From positions 1 through 64,000 of the IMG/VR virus record IMGVR_UViG_3300015615_000629: a stretch of DNA of 64,000 nt. One strand, written 5' to 3'. Below the pieces are notes generated by a model. That model saw nothing but the letters and a program-made list of their open reading frames with translations, was not told the origin of the DNA and did no database searches. The DNA is from a virus (Duplodnaviria > Heunggongvirae > Uroviricota > Caudoviricetes). The translations under genes were made by a program, and so were the position numbers. Shown here in pieces: positions 47,765-56,566 of the stretch. Numbering within the stretch: the stretch's first letter is position 1; each line of letters starts with the position of its first letter.

Positions 47765-48305
47765 GGGAATCTTTCATTGGGGAAAATTCTGGTTCTATTA
47801 GAAAGTCGATAGATCGGTGCTGCAAAATACTATTTAAATAGTAGGCTTTTCGATCTTCTTTTTTTGGTAAGATACCTCTTTTTATCCATCTGGATAATTC
47901 GATGTAAAATTTATCACTATAAGGAGTTTCAAACTCAAACTCTGATTCCCAGAAATGGTTAATCATTTCTGACACATAGACGGGTTCGGCAAGTAGTTCT
48001 GTTGTACTTCTGAGATTCCGATGCGGCCCTGGCATACAAACAATTAACGATGTTCCAATATTAGGCAATGGCAATGGATATAATTTAATCATCCTCTCAG
48101 ATAATCTCTCATACATCCCAAATCGGTAGTCATAAGATAAGAATCTAATATTGTCGAAATTCTCTTGTTTAACCTTAATGATTAATGCGGTTTCTGGAAA
48201 CTTGAGAAAGTTAGGGTAATCCGAAAGGATAATGGTTCTGCCGTGTTCCAGAAACACCTTCACAAAAAGTAACTCTGTATTGAAGGAATTTGAATAGATT
48301 TCCAT
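47733..48305 (-). CDS. prokaryotic E2-like protein, paralog 5
   Basis: GRTII...LPNIGTSLIVCM...HFWESEF. Confidence 0.55.
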   Translation of the reverse strand: MEIYSNSFNTELLFVKVFLEHGRTIILSDYPNFLKFPETALIIKVKQENFDNIRFLSYDYRFGMYERLSERMIKLYPLPLPNIGTSLIVCMPGPHRNLRSTTELLAEPVYVSEMINHFWESEFEFETPYSDKFYIELSRWIKRGILPKKEDRKAYYLNSILQHRSIDFLIEPEFSPMKDSLDSRVFTVRS

Positions 48306-49420
48306 TAGTTTAAGTCCGCCGACCCTCTAAAGTTAATCTTGGGCTTAACGGAATCTGGCATTGCATAAATGCCAATATTCTTAATCTTTCGCTTGTTTAA
48401 CTCGTCCAAACCGGCTTGAGTGATACAAAACCCCTTGCCAGAAGCAACTGTAACCAAAGGGTCGCGGTCGGGAGTGCTGAGCAACAGCGGCGGCATGACG
48501 AATTTTTGCAATTCTTCTTCTTTTACACGAACAACTGCAGTCATTCGATTCATGGAGATTGGACCTTGCTGCCCTAGAGCAACAAGAATCGCCAACCGCT
48601 GCTTGGTCATCCCAAACTCATCAATTCCATGATCTTCGGCAATGATTTTGGCAATATTTTCCCAGCGGTCGGGCTGCATTAAGTATTGTTGTCGCATTTC
48701 ATCCGCAAATGCCAACGCTTCGCGTGGAATCGTTCCAGCATACTTAGCTACCAAACCACATTCTTTTATTGACCAATCTTTGTTCTTAGATTGAACAATT
48801 TGAGCCATTTCGTAGTTGGAGTATAGAGTTAGATTAAGATGCACGAATCGAGTGACAAAGGCATCGAAAAGCAGTCCGATATCGGTAGTGGCGACAATCC
48901 ACGCACACCGAGAAAAGTTAAATTCATATCCTTTTTTGCTTACGACACGAGCATCGTTACGTTCAGTGGCTTTAAGCAAGCCTTGAACGATAGTGCTTTT
49001 AAGCAAATGAATTTCGTCAATAAAGATAATGCACGGTGGAACCTGAAAAATCATATTATCAGGAATCAGCGGCAAACCCCATTCAGCAAGAACGGTGGAG
49101 ATTACCGCAAGAATATCCTCAACCGATTTAACGGATTGAGGATGAATCTCAATGAAAGGGATTTTGAGAATATCAGCAATACGCTTAGCTAGCGTAGTTT
49201 TTCCAACAGAAGCGGGGCCAAGAAGGGCGTAATTCTGTTGGAGCCGATGATTGGGGTCTAGAAACGCCTGAAATAGGCCACGATTAAGAATACGAAGCAC
49301 AGGCCGGTTTCCGATGAAGCCGGCCCATGCCCCATACTCGTTGTCTGGATCTAAATCCAGAGCAATCAATTCATTAGGAAGAGTGTTGAAAAACAACTGT
49401 TGCGGAGCATTGTGGTTCAT
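48305..49420 (-). CDS. ruvB: RuvB-like Holliday junction AAA+ ATPase
   Basis: GPASVGKTTLA, IFIDEIH, ATT..GLL...F..RF, GTIPR, GIDEFG; ATG 9 nt after motif 49430. Confidence 0.8.
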   Translation of the reverse strand: MNHNAPQQLFFNTLPNELIALDLDPDNEYGAWAGFIGNRPVLRILNRGLFQAFLDPNHRLQQNYALLGPASVGKTTLAKRIADILKIPFIEIHPQSVKSVEDILAVISTVLAEWGLPLIPDNMIFQVPPCIIFIDEIHLLKSTIVQGLLKATERNDARVVSKKGYEFNFSRCAWIVATTDIGLLFDAFVTRFVHLNLTLYSNYEMAQIVQSKNKDWSIKECGLVAKYAGTIPREALAFADEMRQQYLMQPDRWENIAKIIAEDHGIDEFGMTKQRLAILVALGQQGPISMNRMTAVVRVKEEELQKFVMPPLLLSTPDRDPLVTVASGKGFCITQAGLDELNKRKIKNIGIYAMPDSVKPKINFRGSADLN

Positions 49421-49437
49421 GCCACTCACGGTACAGG

Positions 49438-50385
49438 TTAGGTGCCTTGAGCGTCAAGAATCTTTTTCTTCAACCTCTCCAAGGCCACGTGGGGAGCCTC
49501 ACGGCTGTAACATTGTCCTGTGACAGGGTTTATGTTCGCCGCAGCAACCCGTGTAGCCCATCCTCTACCATCGAATAGAAAAGCATGCAAAACCTTTTCC
49601 TCCCAAGGAGTTAGGTTCGCACGGCTAATTGCATCGAGGTGTTCGGGGAACAATCCATTTTCCATAGAATCTGGATTATCCAAAAAGATTTCCTTTGGTT
49701 CTTCGTCATCATCGGCCAACGAAGAAGCATTTTTAATCTTATTGAGATTCATGGTAAGTCTGAGTCGTTGTTTTTCATTCAACTCAAGCCGATCACAAAT
49801 CTCTTCAAAGCTAAGATATGCTTCATCGGCGGCAATTCTCTGGTATTTGTATACCAATTTTGCCGCAGACGAACCAAGCGGAATCAATCTGGAACGCCAG
49901 ATATCACGGTTAATAGCGTGGTCAATGCAGTGCCAAGCGTAGGTAAGAAATTTAATTTTCTTACCTTTCTTGTTGACGCCTTTATAGCCATGCACGGCAT
50001 CCAAGAATCCAAGAACAGCCTCCTCGAAGAGGTCATTTTTGGAAATTGGAGTGTTATTCTTGTTAATGCGATACCAATGGTTGGAACGCTTGTGCAAGAG
50101 CCGTGCATAACCGGTCAAAAGTCGCCATTCAAGATTCTTGACCGCCATAAACTTCTCAACATCGGATTTTGGAATAAAATGTCCGAAGACGGTGATATCA
50201 CAAATCCGATCTTTGAGCAGTTTATATAGTTCGACACGGAATTTACGCCGACTGGGCTGCTTTTTGTTTCCCTTGATGATTTTGTGGTGTTGTTCGGCAA
50301 GGGTATTACCGACAATCAGCACTTGCATAATCTGCTTTTTGTCATCAGGGCTAATTTTTTCGTATGGTATCATTGGCTCATTCAT
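49438..50385 (-). CDS. sigma-70-family RNA polymerase sigma factor
   Basis: Region 2 DLFEEAVLGFLDAV..Y...KFLTYAWHCI..AI; AAGGA SD. Confidence 0.8.
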   Translation of the reverse strand: MNEPMIPYEKISPDDKKQIMQVLIVGNTLAEQHHKIIKGNKKQPSRRKFRVELYKLLKDRICDITVFGHFIPKSDVEKFMAVKNLEWRLLTGYARLLHKRSNHWYRINKNNTPISKNDLFEEAVLGFLDAVHGYKGVNKKGKKIKFLTYAWHCIDHAINRDIWRSRLIPLGSSAAKLVYKYQRIAADEAYLSFEEICDRLELNEKQRLRLTMNLNKIKNASSLADDDEEPKEIFLDNPDSMENGLFPEHLDAISRANLTPWEEKVLHAFLFDGRGWATRVAAANINPVTGQCYSREAPHVALERLKKKILDAQGT

Positions 50386-50406
50386 GGCGAGTCCTTTCGG
50401 TCGGCA

Positions 50407-50778
50407 CTAGTATCTTAGTAATCGTCGGCGAATTTTCTGGTACAGGTTGGACAACTCTACCACAAAAAGGTTCGCAGGGTGTTTATTGGCCATAGCCATT
50501 GCTTCGGCATGTCCAATTAAAGCCTCTTCTCTGGTTGCGTATCTTCTTTGAAATTGGTGTAGCTCATCTTGATTGTCACAAAATATCATTGTTTCATAAA
50601 GAATAGGCACATCCCCACGAAAGGAATGGTCAATTCCCAAGAATACAGTGCTTACAAGGCGGCCATTAACTCTATTACGGGCCACCTGTCTATCTTGGCG
50701 TTCAAACCACACCCCGAATTCTTCCGAGGTTGCAGGTACAGGTTTGCCGTCTTTTTCGATCCACAAGAGATTGTTCAT
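50407..50778 (-). CDS. conserved phage hypothetical protein
   Basis: VSTVFLGIDH...LYETMIF motif. Confidence 0.75.
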   Translation of the reverse strand: MNNLLWIEKDGKPVPATSEEFGVWFERQDRQVARNRVNGRLVSTVFLGIDHSFRGDVPILYETMIFCDNQDELHQFQRRYATREEALIGHAEAMAMANKHPANLFVVELSNLYQKIRRRLLRY

Positions 50779-50806
50779 TTTCGTGTCTTGCCCTGTAAAT
50801 AAGTTT

Positions 50807-51508
50807 ATGCACAATCCCTATTCGGCTCGTGTTGACGTACAATATGGTGGCTATCCGGCAATAATCATTGCCCCGCATGGGTTTGACGACCCCAATGTGG
50901 GTTTTATGGCACAAAAAATAGCCGACAGATTAGACTGTTTTTGTGTAATTAACAATGGTTGGCAATGTTCAGCGGAGTTCGATTATACCGCACAAAAAGC
51001 AGATTGCAACTCAATCAAACATTGTCAAGACGAAGTTCTAAATTTCGAATTTTTAAAACCAATCGAACAAATGGCAGAACAATGTAAAGCAAATTTTGGT
51101 TTTTTCTATTGTCTGATTTTGTGTGGGATTTCAGATAATATTAGGCGAATAATCGACAGAAACCTAGATTTGGTAATAGGTTGGGGAATGGGCTCGCCAC
51201 CTAGTTTAAGTTGCATGAGGATCACAAAAGATTCATTTATTAGCCATTTGGAAGATTTTAAACTCACAACTTATGAGGCAGGCTCTGGAAGTCGTTATTC
51301 GGGCAGAAAATACAATTCTTTAAATCAATATGTGTCTACACAAAAAGGTATTACACAAAGCATGCAGGTGGGAATTGTGCGGCATTTAAGGAGAAATAAG
51401 GATATAGCAGAGATAACTGCCTACAAAATAGCAGAATCTTTAAAGGAAACAGTCCGAATTGGGGACAATTATTATGGTCAGGTTAATACAAGAATATGCA
51501 CCTACTGA
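50807..51508 (+). CDS. Zn-amidohydrolase-like (N-formylglutamate amidohydrolase fold) protein
   Basis: IIIAPHG..D motif; TAAATA 5 nt before ATG. Confidence 0.5.
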   Translation: MHNPYSARVDVQYGGYPAIIIAPHGFDDPNVGFMAQKIADRLDCFCVINNGWQCSAEFDYTAQKADCNSIKHCQDEVLNFEFLKPIEQMAEQCKANFGFFYCLILCGISDNIRRIIDRNLDLVIGWGMGSPPSLSCMRITKDSFISHLEDFKLTTYEAGSGSRYSGRKYNSLNQYVSTQKGITQSMQVGIVRHLRRNKDIAEITAYKIAESLKETVRIGDNYYGQVNTRICTY

Positions 51509-51522
51509 GGATAGATATTATT

Positions 51523-51999
51523 ATGGACGACTTCTTAGCACAAATCGAGCAACAAATCCGCGATGTTCGTACAGGACACAATATCCAGCCTGTTCCTTGT
51601 CACAAAAAACACAAAGAAAATAATCTACTTTTCATTGTGGCAATCGGCCTTATGGTGGCTATTGCCATTTTTATGTATAAACACAAAAAGGATGATATTC
51701 GTAATTGGGCAGGGCAATTATTAGTTCAGAAAACAGAAGAAGTTGTCGGTAAAGATGTTACCTCTGTATTAAACGAGATTTTAGCCACTCAAGAGAAGCA
51801 CAAGAATCTACTTCAAATGGTTGGCGACAGATTAGCAGTAATGGGAGCGGTTTTGAATAACAATACTGCTGTTTCGCAGAACAAATATCCTGTTGAAGAT
51901 TACGTTTACATAAGCCGTGATTGGAAGATCAATCAAGTTCCCAAGCACTTAAATGCGGCTCCAAGAGAGCGTGGCATTATCGAACAACATTCTAAGTAA
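51523..51999 (+). CDS. single-pass membrane protein
   Basis: LLFIVAIGLMVAIAIFMY transmembrane segment. Confidence 0.65.
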   Translation: MDDFLAQIEQQIRDVRTGHNIQPVPCHKKHKENNLLFIVAIGLMVAIAIFMYKHKKDDIRNWAGQLLVQKTEEVVGKDVTSVLNEILATQEKHKNLLQMVGDRLAVMGAVLNNNTAVSQNKYPVEDYVYISRDWKINQVPKHLNAAPRERGIIEQHSK

Positions 52000-52411
52000 A
52001 CTGACATGCTTCGACAAAGCTAGCCAGAGATGGCCATTCTTTAATAGAAACTTCTTTTATACCTTTTGTTTTCATTTTGCGTGGCGAGTTTTCCTTGCAG
52101 AAAGCTTGGGCTATATCCTTATCAAAAAACAAACCTAAAAGTTTATTTTCTTTGAAAACTCCAAATAGCGGTATGTTTTTCTTATCGTTCGCATGGCATT
52201 TTTCAAGCAAGTCTTTAATTTGCTTGAATTGCACCCGATAGCGATGAACAAGACAGTCTCGGTCGTGTCCGAGATAACCTTTACCTTTTCCTGGTGCGAG
52301 TCTCGCACCACAGGTACAAACATACTGGGTCGCCAGTCCAAGTATGTTGAACATGGAAACTCGTTCGGATATTGGAATCACCGCATTAGGTGTTTTCTTC
52401 GTCTTTGACAC
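51992..52411 (-). CDS. hypothetical protein
   Basis: ORF with CTCG...H..C. Confidence 0.6.
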   Translation of the reverse strand: MSKTKKTPNAVIPISERVSMFNILGLATQYVCTCGARLAPGKGKGYLGHDRDCLVHRYRVQFKQIKDLLEKCHANDKKNIPLFGVFKENKLLGLFFDKDIAQAFCKENSPRKMKTKGIKEVSIKEWPSLASFVEACQFT

Positions 52412-52616
52412 CGTATTTTGCCTTTAGTTCATTTAGAAACGCTTCGGTTTCTTTAAGGGGCAAAGGGGCGACACGGTTTACATAGGCACGGCAGCGTCTT
52501 TGCAAATCTGCTAGTTCTGCTGTCTCTTCTGCCGTAAGAGAAGCATAGATTTCTTTATGAATTAATTCACCGCGTCGATGATTTAATTCATCGCTCCAAT
52601 CTTTGTCTTTAATCAT
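52386..52616 (-). CDS. hypothetical protein
   Basis: ATGA-coupled ORF. Confidence 0.65.
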   Translation of the reverse strand: MIKDKDWSDELNHRRGELIHKEIYASLTAEETAELADLQRRCRAYVNRVAPLPLKETEAFLNELKAKYGVKDEENT

Positions 52617-53374
52617 TCCACGCTATCCCAGATTTTGTCAGAAACCTTCTGGAAGAAGTTGGAAACCAGATTGTAAAGAGCGTTCCAAAGGTTGCGGAGG
52701 AAATCTTCACACACCCAGAAGAAGAAGTCAATCGGCCAGAATTCAACCCAATTGAAGAATTGATATTTGTAGTCAGTCCATTGGGGCCGGTAATTTACTT
52801 CGCCATAGCTATACCGGGCGCAGCGATAGCGATTTTCGGGATTCTGAAAATGCTCTATGAATTCTTCTTTGGTTCGAGTAGGGTTGGCTTTAAGCCAATT
52901 CTTTCTAAGGGCGACAAACTTGTTGGTTTGTTCCTTGTTGTAAAGCACCCAGCGGAAAAACGCCCAACACAGACCTATCAAGAGCCAGCCAGCAATAATA
53001 GAAGGAATATAGATTATGTTATCTTTAATGAACGTATACAAATCGAGGTTGCCGAAGACATACATCAAGACAAAAAAGCCTAGAAATGTAAATATTGCAG
53101 AAACAGAGCGTTCATTTAGATAAAGGCCAATTAGAATAACAAACCACACGACAGCCAAAACATAGAAAGCAAAACCGCCAACGATGAATAGTGGAAACAA
53201 TGGCAATAATGTGAATTGATGTATGATTTGAGGTTTTTGCTCTTGTTCAGCCTCAACAATCGCGGCAGTTTGAACAACTACAGCGGGTTTGTTTCGCTCG
53301 TAGATACTAATCCCAGCAGCGGCCACGACGACCAACAAAACAAAGAAAAAGCAACCAATTTTTTCATCAAACAT
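52613..53374 (-). CDS. multi-pass membrane protein
   Basis: Several hydrophobic segments. Confidence 0.75.
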   Translation of the reverse strand: MFDEKIGCFFFVLLVVVAAAGISIYERNKPAVVVQTAAIVEAEQEQKPQIIHQFTLLPLFPLFIVGGFAFYVLAVVWFVILIGLYLNERSVSAIFTFLGFFVLMYVFGNLDLYTFIKDNIIYIPSIIAGWLLIGLCWAFFRWVLYNKEQTNKFVALRKNWLKANPTRTKEEFIEHFQNPENRYRCARYSYGEVNYRPQWTDYKYQFFNWVEFWPIDFFFWVCEDFLRNLWNALYNLVSNFFQKVSDKIWDSVE

Positions 53375-53392
53375 TGTTTTTTCCTAAAAGGA

Positions 53393-53431
53393 AATCCCCG
53401 CTCGATTGGGACAACCAATCGAGCGGGGATT
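53393..53431. terminator. intrinsic terminator hairpin
   Basis: 17-bp stem AATCCCCGCTCGATTGG/CCAATCGAGCGGGGATT. Confidence 0.8.
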
Positions 53432-53445
53432 GTTTTCCTAATTTT

Positions 53446-54948
53446 TTACTCGTCGTCGGCAGCCTGATTGTCGGTCGTAATTCCGAGGCTGTCTTCAACA
53501 CGCTCGAACCGCTTGCCAAGTTGCTCAAAGCAAGTCAAAGGCTTGTCGGTTTCACGATTGAGCAACGCCAAATGTTGCTCCATGCCAGCCGAGGCAATTC
53601 CCAAGTCTTCGACTCGGATTTTGACATCATCGACGGTTGAATTTTCATCCAGCCGGCCGATTGCTGCCAACTTGGCACGTTCCACGACTTCCCGCACGAC
53701 AGCGGCATTTTGACCACGAATGGCCTTGGTAGCGAGGACAACATCCTTGTCTTCGCATTCAACCCATTGGCTGCCGTAACGACGCACCAAGGCGACGGTA
53801 GCCTTGTCATCGGGCGGGTCGAGGTGAACAACGGCGTCGATACGGCCAGGGCGGACAAAGGCCGGGTGGATTCTATCAACATTGTTCGTGGTTAGAACAA
53901 CAATGATTTCATCCTTTTTGCCATTGCAACCGTCCAAGGTGTTAAGAATAGAATTCATTTCTGAATTCCGTTCATCCTTAACAGCCTCATCGACGTCTTC
54001 GGCAAAAATTACAGCCGGCGAGTAAAGCCGAGCCAAATTAATTGCCAATTCCAAATCGCGGCAATCTTCGAGGTAAAGGAAAGTCCAACCGTTGTCGTAA
54101 CAAATACGACTCAACATGGTTGCGGTAAGGGTCTTTCCAGTACCGTAATTACCTTCAAGCAAAACGCCACGCTTGAGGGGAATGTTCAATTGACGGCAAA
54201 GTTCGCTTTTACGCACAGGCGTAAAGAGTGAAACTTCAACCAATTGGCCAGTCTTTTCAGGCAAAACCAACTGATCGAGGTCAATCTTTGAAACGTCAAT
54301 GAATCGCGGAGCGAAGTCTGGCGAAAACTTTTGCATCCGTTGGCCATTCTTGCGGAAATTAATCCGGCAAGCCTTGCCACGGTAGATTGAATCCGTTTTG
54401 CAAAAGCTACGGACTTCGTCGGCCACTTCATGGACAAGTTTTTCGTATTTTCGCTTGATGTTGCCGCGAATTACGAAAACGGGCATGCCATTGTGCATGG
54501 CAAAACCACTTTCAAGCCGGCCATCTTCAATGCCAGGAATCTTGAAACTTCCCCATGCAACCTGCGTGGTTTTGCCGGCATCAACCTCGACGCCGACCAT
54601 CGCTGGCGGCTCAGGCCCCCAGAAACCAGGGGTTGGGACAAGATTTGTCCAACCAAATCGCCGTTCCAAAACCTTCATCAAACCAACAGCACCATCGAGT
54701 GGAAACGTTTCAATGGTTTCCGCAATGGCAATCTTGGTTTCCTCTTCCTCTCGCTTGCGTTCAAGCCAATGGATGGCTTCATCGAGGCTCATCGTATCGG
54801 GGATAACGATACGCTTGAGTTTGGCGTCTTTTACGACTTCAGCGTTCTTTTCTTGAACGTTCGCCGCACGGGAAACGCTAGTGAGAATCGCTGCAAGAGC
54901 GGTTTCCACTTCTGAAGTGACGTTGTTGGAATCCTTAACGCGAGCCAT
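53446..54948 (-). CDS. AAA+ ATPase
   Basis: GNYGTGKT Walker A, IFAEDVD Walker B, TTN...RPGRID second region of homology. Confidence 0.9.
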   Translation of the reverse strand: MARVKDSNNVTSEVETALAAILTSVSRAANVQEKNAEVVKDAKLKRIVIPDTMSLDEAIHWLERKREEEETKIAIAETIETFPLDGAVGLMKVLERRFGWTNLVPTPGFWGPEPPAMVGVEVDAGKTTQVAWGSFKIPGIEDGRLESGFAMHNGMPVFVIRGNIKRKYEKLVHEVADEVRSFCKTDSIYRGKACRINFRKNGQRMQKFSPDFAPRFIDVSKIDLDQLVLPEKTGQLVEVSLFTPVRKSELCRQLNIPLKRGVLLEGNYGTGKTLTATMLSRICYDNGWTFLYLEDCRDLELAINLARLYSPAVIFAEDVDEAVKDERNSEMNSILNTLDGCNGKKDEIIVVLTTNNVDRIHPAFVRPGRIDAVVHLDPPDDKATVALVRRYGSQWVECEDKDVVLATKAIRGQNAAVVREVVERAKLAAIGRLDENSTVDDVKIRVEDLGIASAGMEQHLALLNRETDKPLTCFEQLGKRFERVEDSLGITTDNQAADDE

Positions 54949-55037
54949 TTAAACCTCAAATTGGGGAAACGGGTTCTTTTCACAACAGGCACATACTAGC
55001 GTGGAAAATCCGCTCTTCAAGCGACTTTCCCAAGTTT

Positions 55038-55238
55038 TTAGTTGAGCGAGGGATAAGGGACTTCCCACTTTTGATTTGGATTGTCCAATGACTCGACATA
55101 AAGAACGTTTTCTATACGATTTACCTTAAATTTCTCACCGGTAGACATTTGAACGAATCCCCTTGTGGGGTGATCGTTTATCTCGATAAGGCCATTCACA
55201 AGACGCTTTAAATGGTCTGGCATAGCAACTAGTTCCAT
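55038..55238 (-). CDS. hypothetical protein
   Basis: ORF. Confidence 0.5.
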   Translation of the reverse strand: MELVAMPDHLKRLVNGLIEINDHPTRGFVQMSTGEKFKVNRIENVLYVESLDNPNQKWEVPYPSLN

Positions 55239-55630
55239 TTGCCATCCTTGTAAAAAAGAGGGCCGATAATAGGCTTACGTAAAATATGAATTAGAGGCAT
55301 CAATGCCAAAGCTTTCCAATAGGTTAATTCGTGACAATCAATAGTAGGAACAACAGCAAAATTCCACAACAATACCACAGGAACGGCTAAAACAAAATAA
55401 CTCATGAGTAAACAAAATGAGCGTCCAAGTAAAAAGACAGCAGCAGTTGCCTTATTATTTATAATTTCATCCTCATCTCTTTCACTCAAGGAGGGCTTCA
55501 ATGTAATTTTGGTTACAAAAAGCCCCTGTCCCCTAAGCATGGCTTGAGCGTCCTCTTCATTCAAGGCTTGGAGTTCGTTCTTAATCTCCTTGCCCGTGGC
55601 GTCCATTGCTTCAAACTTGTAAATTCGCAT
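55229..55630 (-). CDS. PilC/GspF N-terminal-domain-like membrane protein
   Basis: YKFEAMDATGKE....A..E..A...LR..GLFVTKI followed by hydrophobic segments. Confidence 0.65.
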   Translation of the reverse strand: MRIYKFEAMDATGKEIKNELQALNEEDAQAMLRGQGLFVTKITLKPSLSERDEDEIINNKATAAVFLLGRSFCLLMSYFVLAVPVVLLWNFAVVPTIDCHELTYWKALALMPLIHILRKPIIGPLFYKDGKWN

Positions 55631-55678
55631 TCTGTCCAGCCTTCGCAAGTGAGATTGAAAAACGCCTTACGCAGAATA

Positions 55679-56545
55679 CTAGCACAACAAAGCGGGAATT
55701 TCAACCTTCTGTTCGTTAAAGTTTAGATACTTAACTCCTTCTGTGTCTTCGACTTGCAAGATTGTCCACTTTTTAATGCTGGCGAGATGCTGCATTTTCT
55801 CAGAAACCATAAAAAAGGAAACCGCAGATAAGGTATTGTCGATTTCTACGATAGCAATATCACACTTGGCAATGTATTTGCCGTTAATAACTATTTTTGA
55901 AAAAAGTGGTTTTTCAAGTTCTTTTCTCTTTTTTTCTAATTCTGTTCCCAATTTCTTTTTAGTTAATATTTTACAATTTTCGTTATAAAAATCTCTTAAA
56001 GCCTTAACAGATTCTAAATCTAAGTAACAACTACCTTTTAAGTTGTTACAGATAGAGCACATTACTTGGTAATTGCTTAAACGGTTTTCTCCACCATGAG
56101 CCTTGGCAAGTATATGATCTTTAGTCATTAAGATTAATTTTCCATTTTCAACAGCGTATAGGTTAAAATGGGCAGTTTTATCTAAAGGATGCTTTTCCAG
56201 CATCATTTTCGTGCCTTCTACGCCACAGGCGGCACATTTTCTACTGGAATTAAAGATAAAATATCTTTGAGAATTCATCTTAACGAAATAAGAATTTCCA
56301 TTTGCTTTGAATTCTTTCTTTTCATCAGAATTCGAGATATAAGGCAGGACTTCATCCGGAAGGAATTCTCCAATAACTTTTAAACCGGTTTGACTGATTG
56401 GTTTTTCGATTTTAAGAGAAAATTTTACATTTGGATTGTCTTTAAGTAATTGTTTTAAAAAATTGGTTGCGGTTATTAAACAATCCATAGATGAGTCGCC
56501 AGTAACGTCCCACTTTAGAACCGCAGATGCTTTCAGATCCATCAT
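55679..56545 (-). CDS. HNH endonuclease-domain protein
   Basis: CAACG...TKDHI....GG.N..SNYQ.MC..CN..KG motif. Confidence 0.8.
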   Translation of the reverse strand: MMDLKASAVLKWDVTGDSSMDCLITATNFLKQLLKDNPNVKFSLKIEKPISQTGLKVIGEFLPDEVLPYISNSDEKKEFKANGNSYFVKMNSQRYFIFNSSRKCAACGVEGTKMMLEKHPLDKTAHFNLYAVENGKLILMTKDHILAKAHGGENRLSNYQVMCSICNNLKGSCYLDLESVKALRDFYNENCKILTKKKLGTELEKKRKELEKPLFSKIVINGKYIAKCDIAIVEIDNTLSAVSFFMVSEKMQHLASIKKWTILQVEDTEGVKYLNFNEQKVEIPALLC

Positions 56546-56566
56546 TTACGTTTATATATACAGCAA

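Noticed and set aside
50385-50409. TAG of 50407..50778 is in frame with the sigma factor
   Set aside because: One-in-three chance; the sigma gene has its own AAGGA SD and ATG.
53374-53640. 88-aa + strand ORF
   Set aside because: Runs through a 17-bp terminator hairpin and is antisense to the AAA ATPase.
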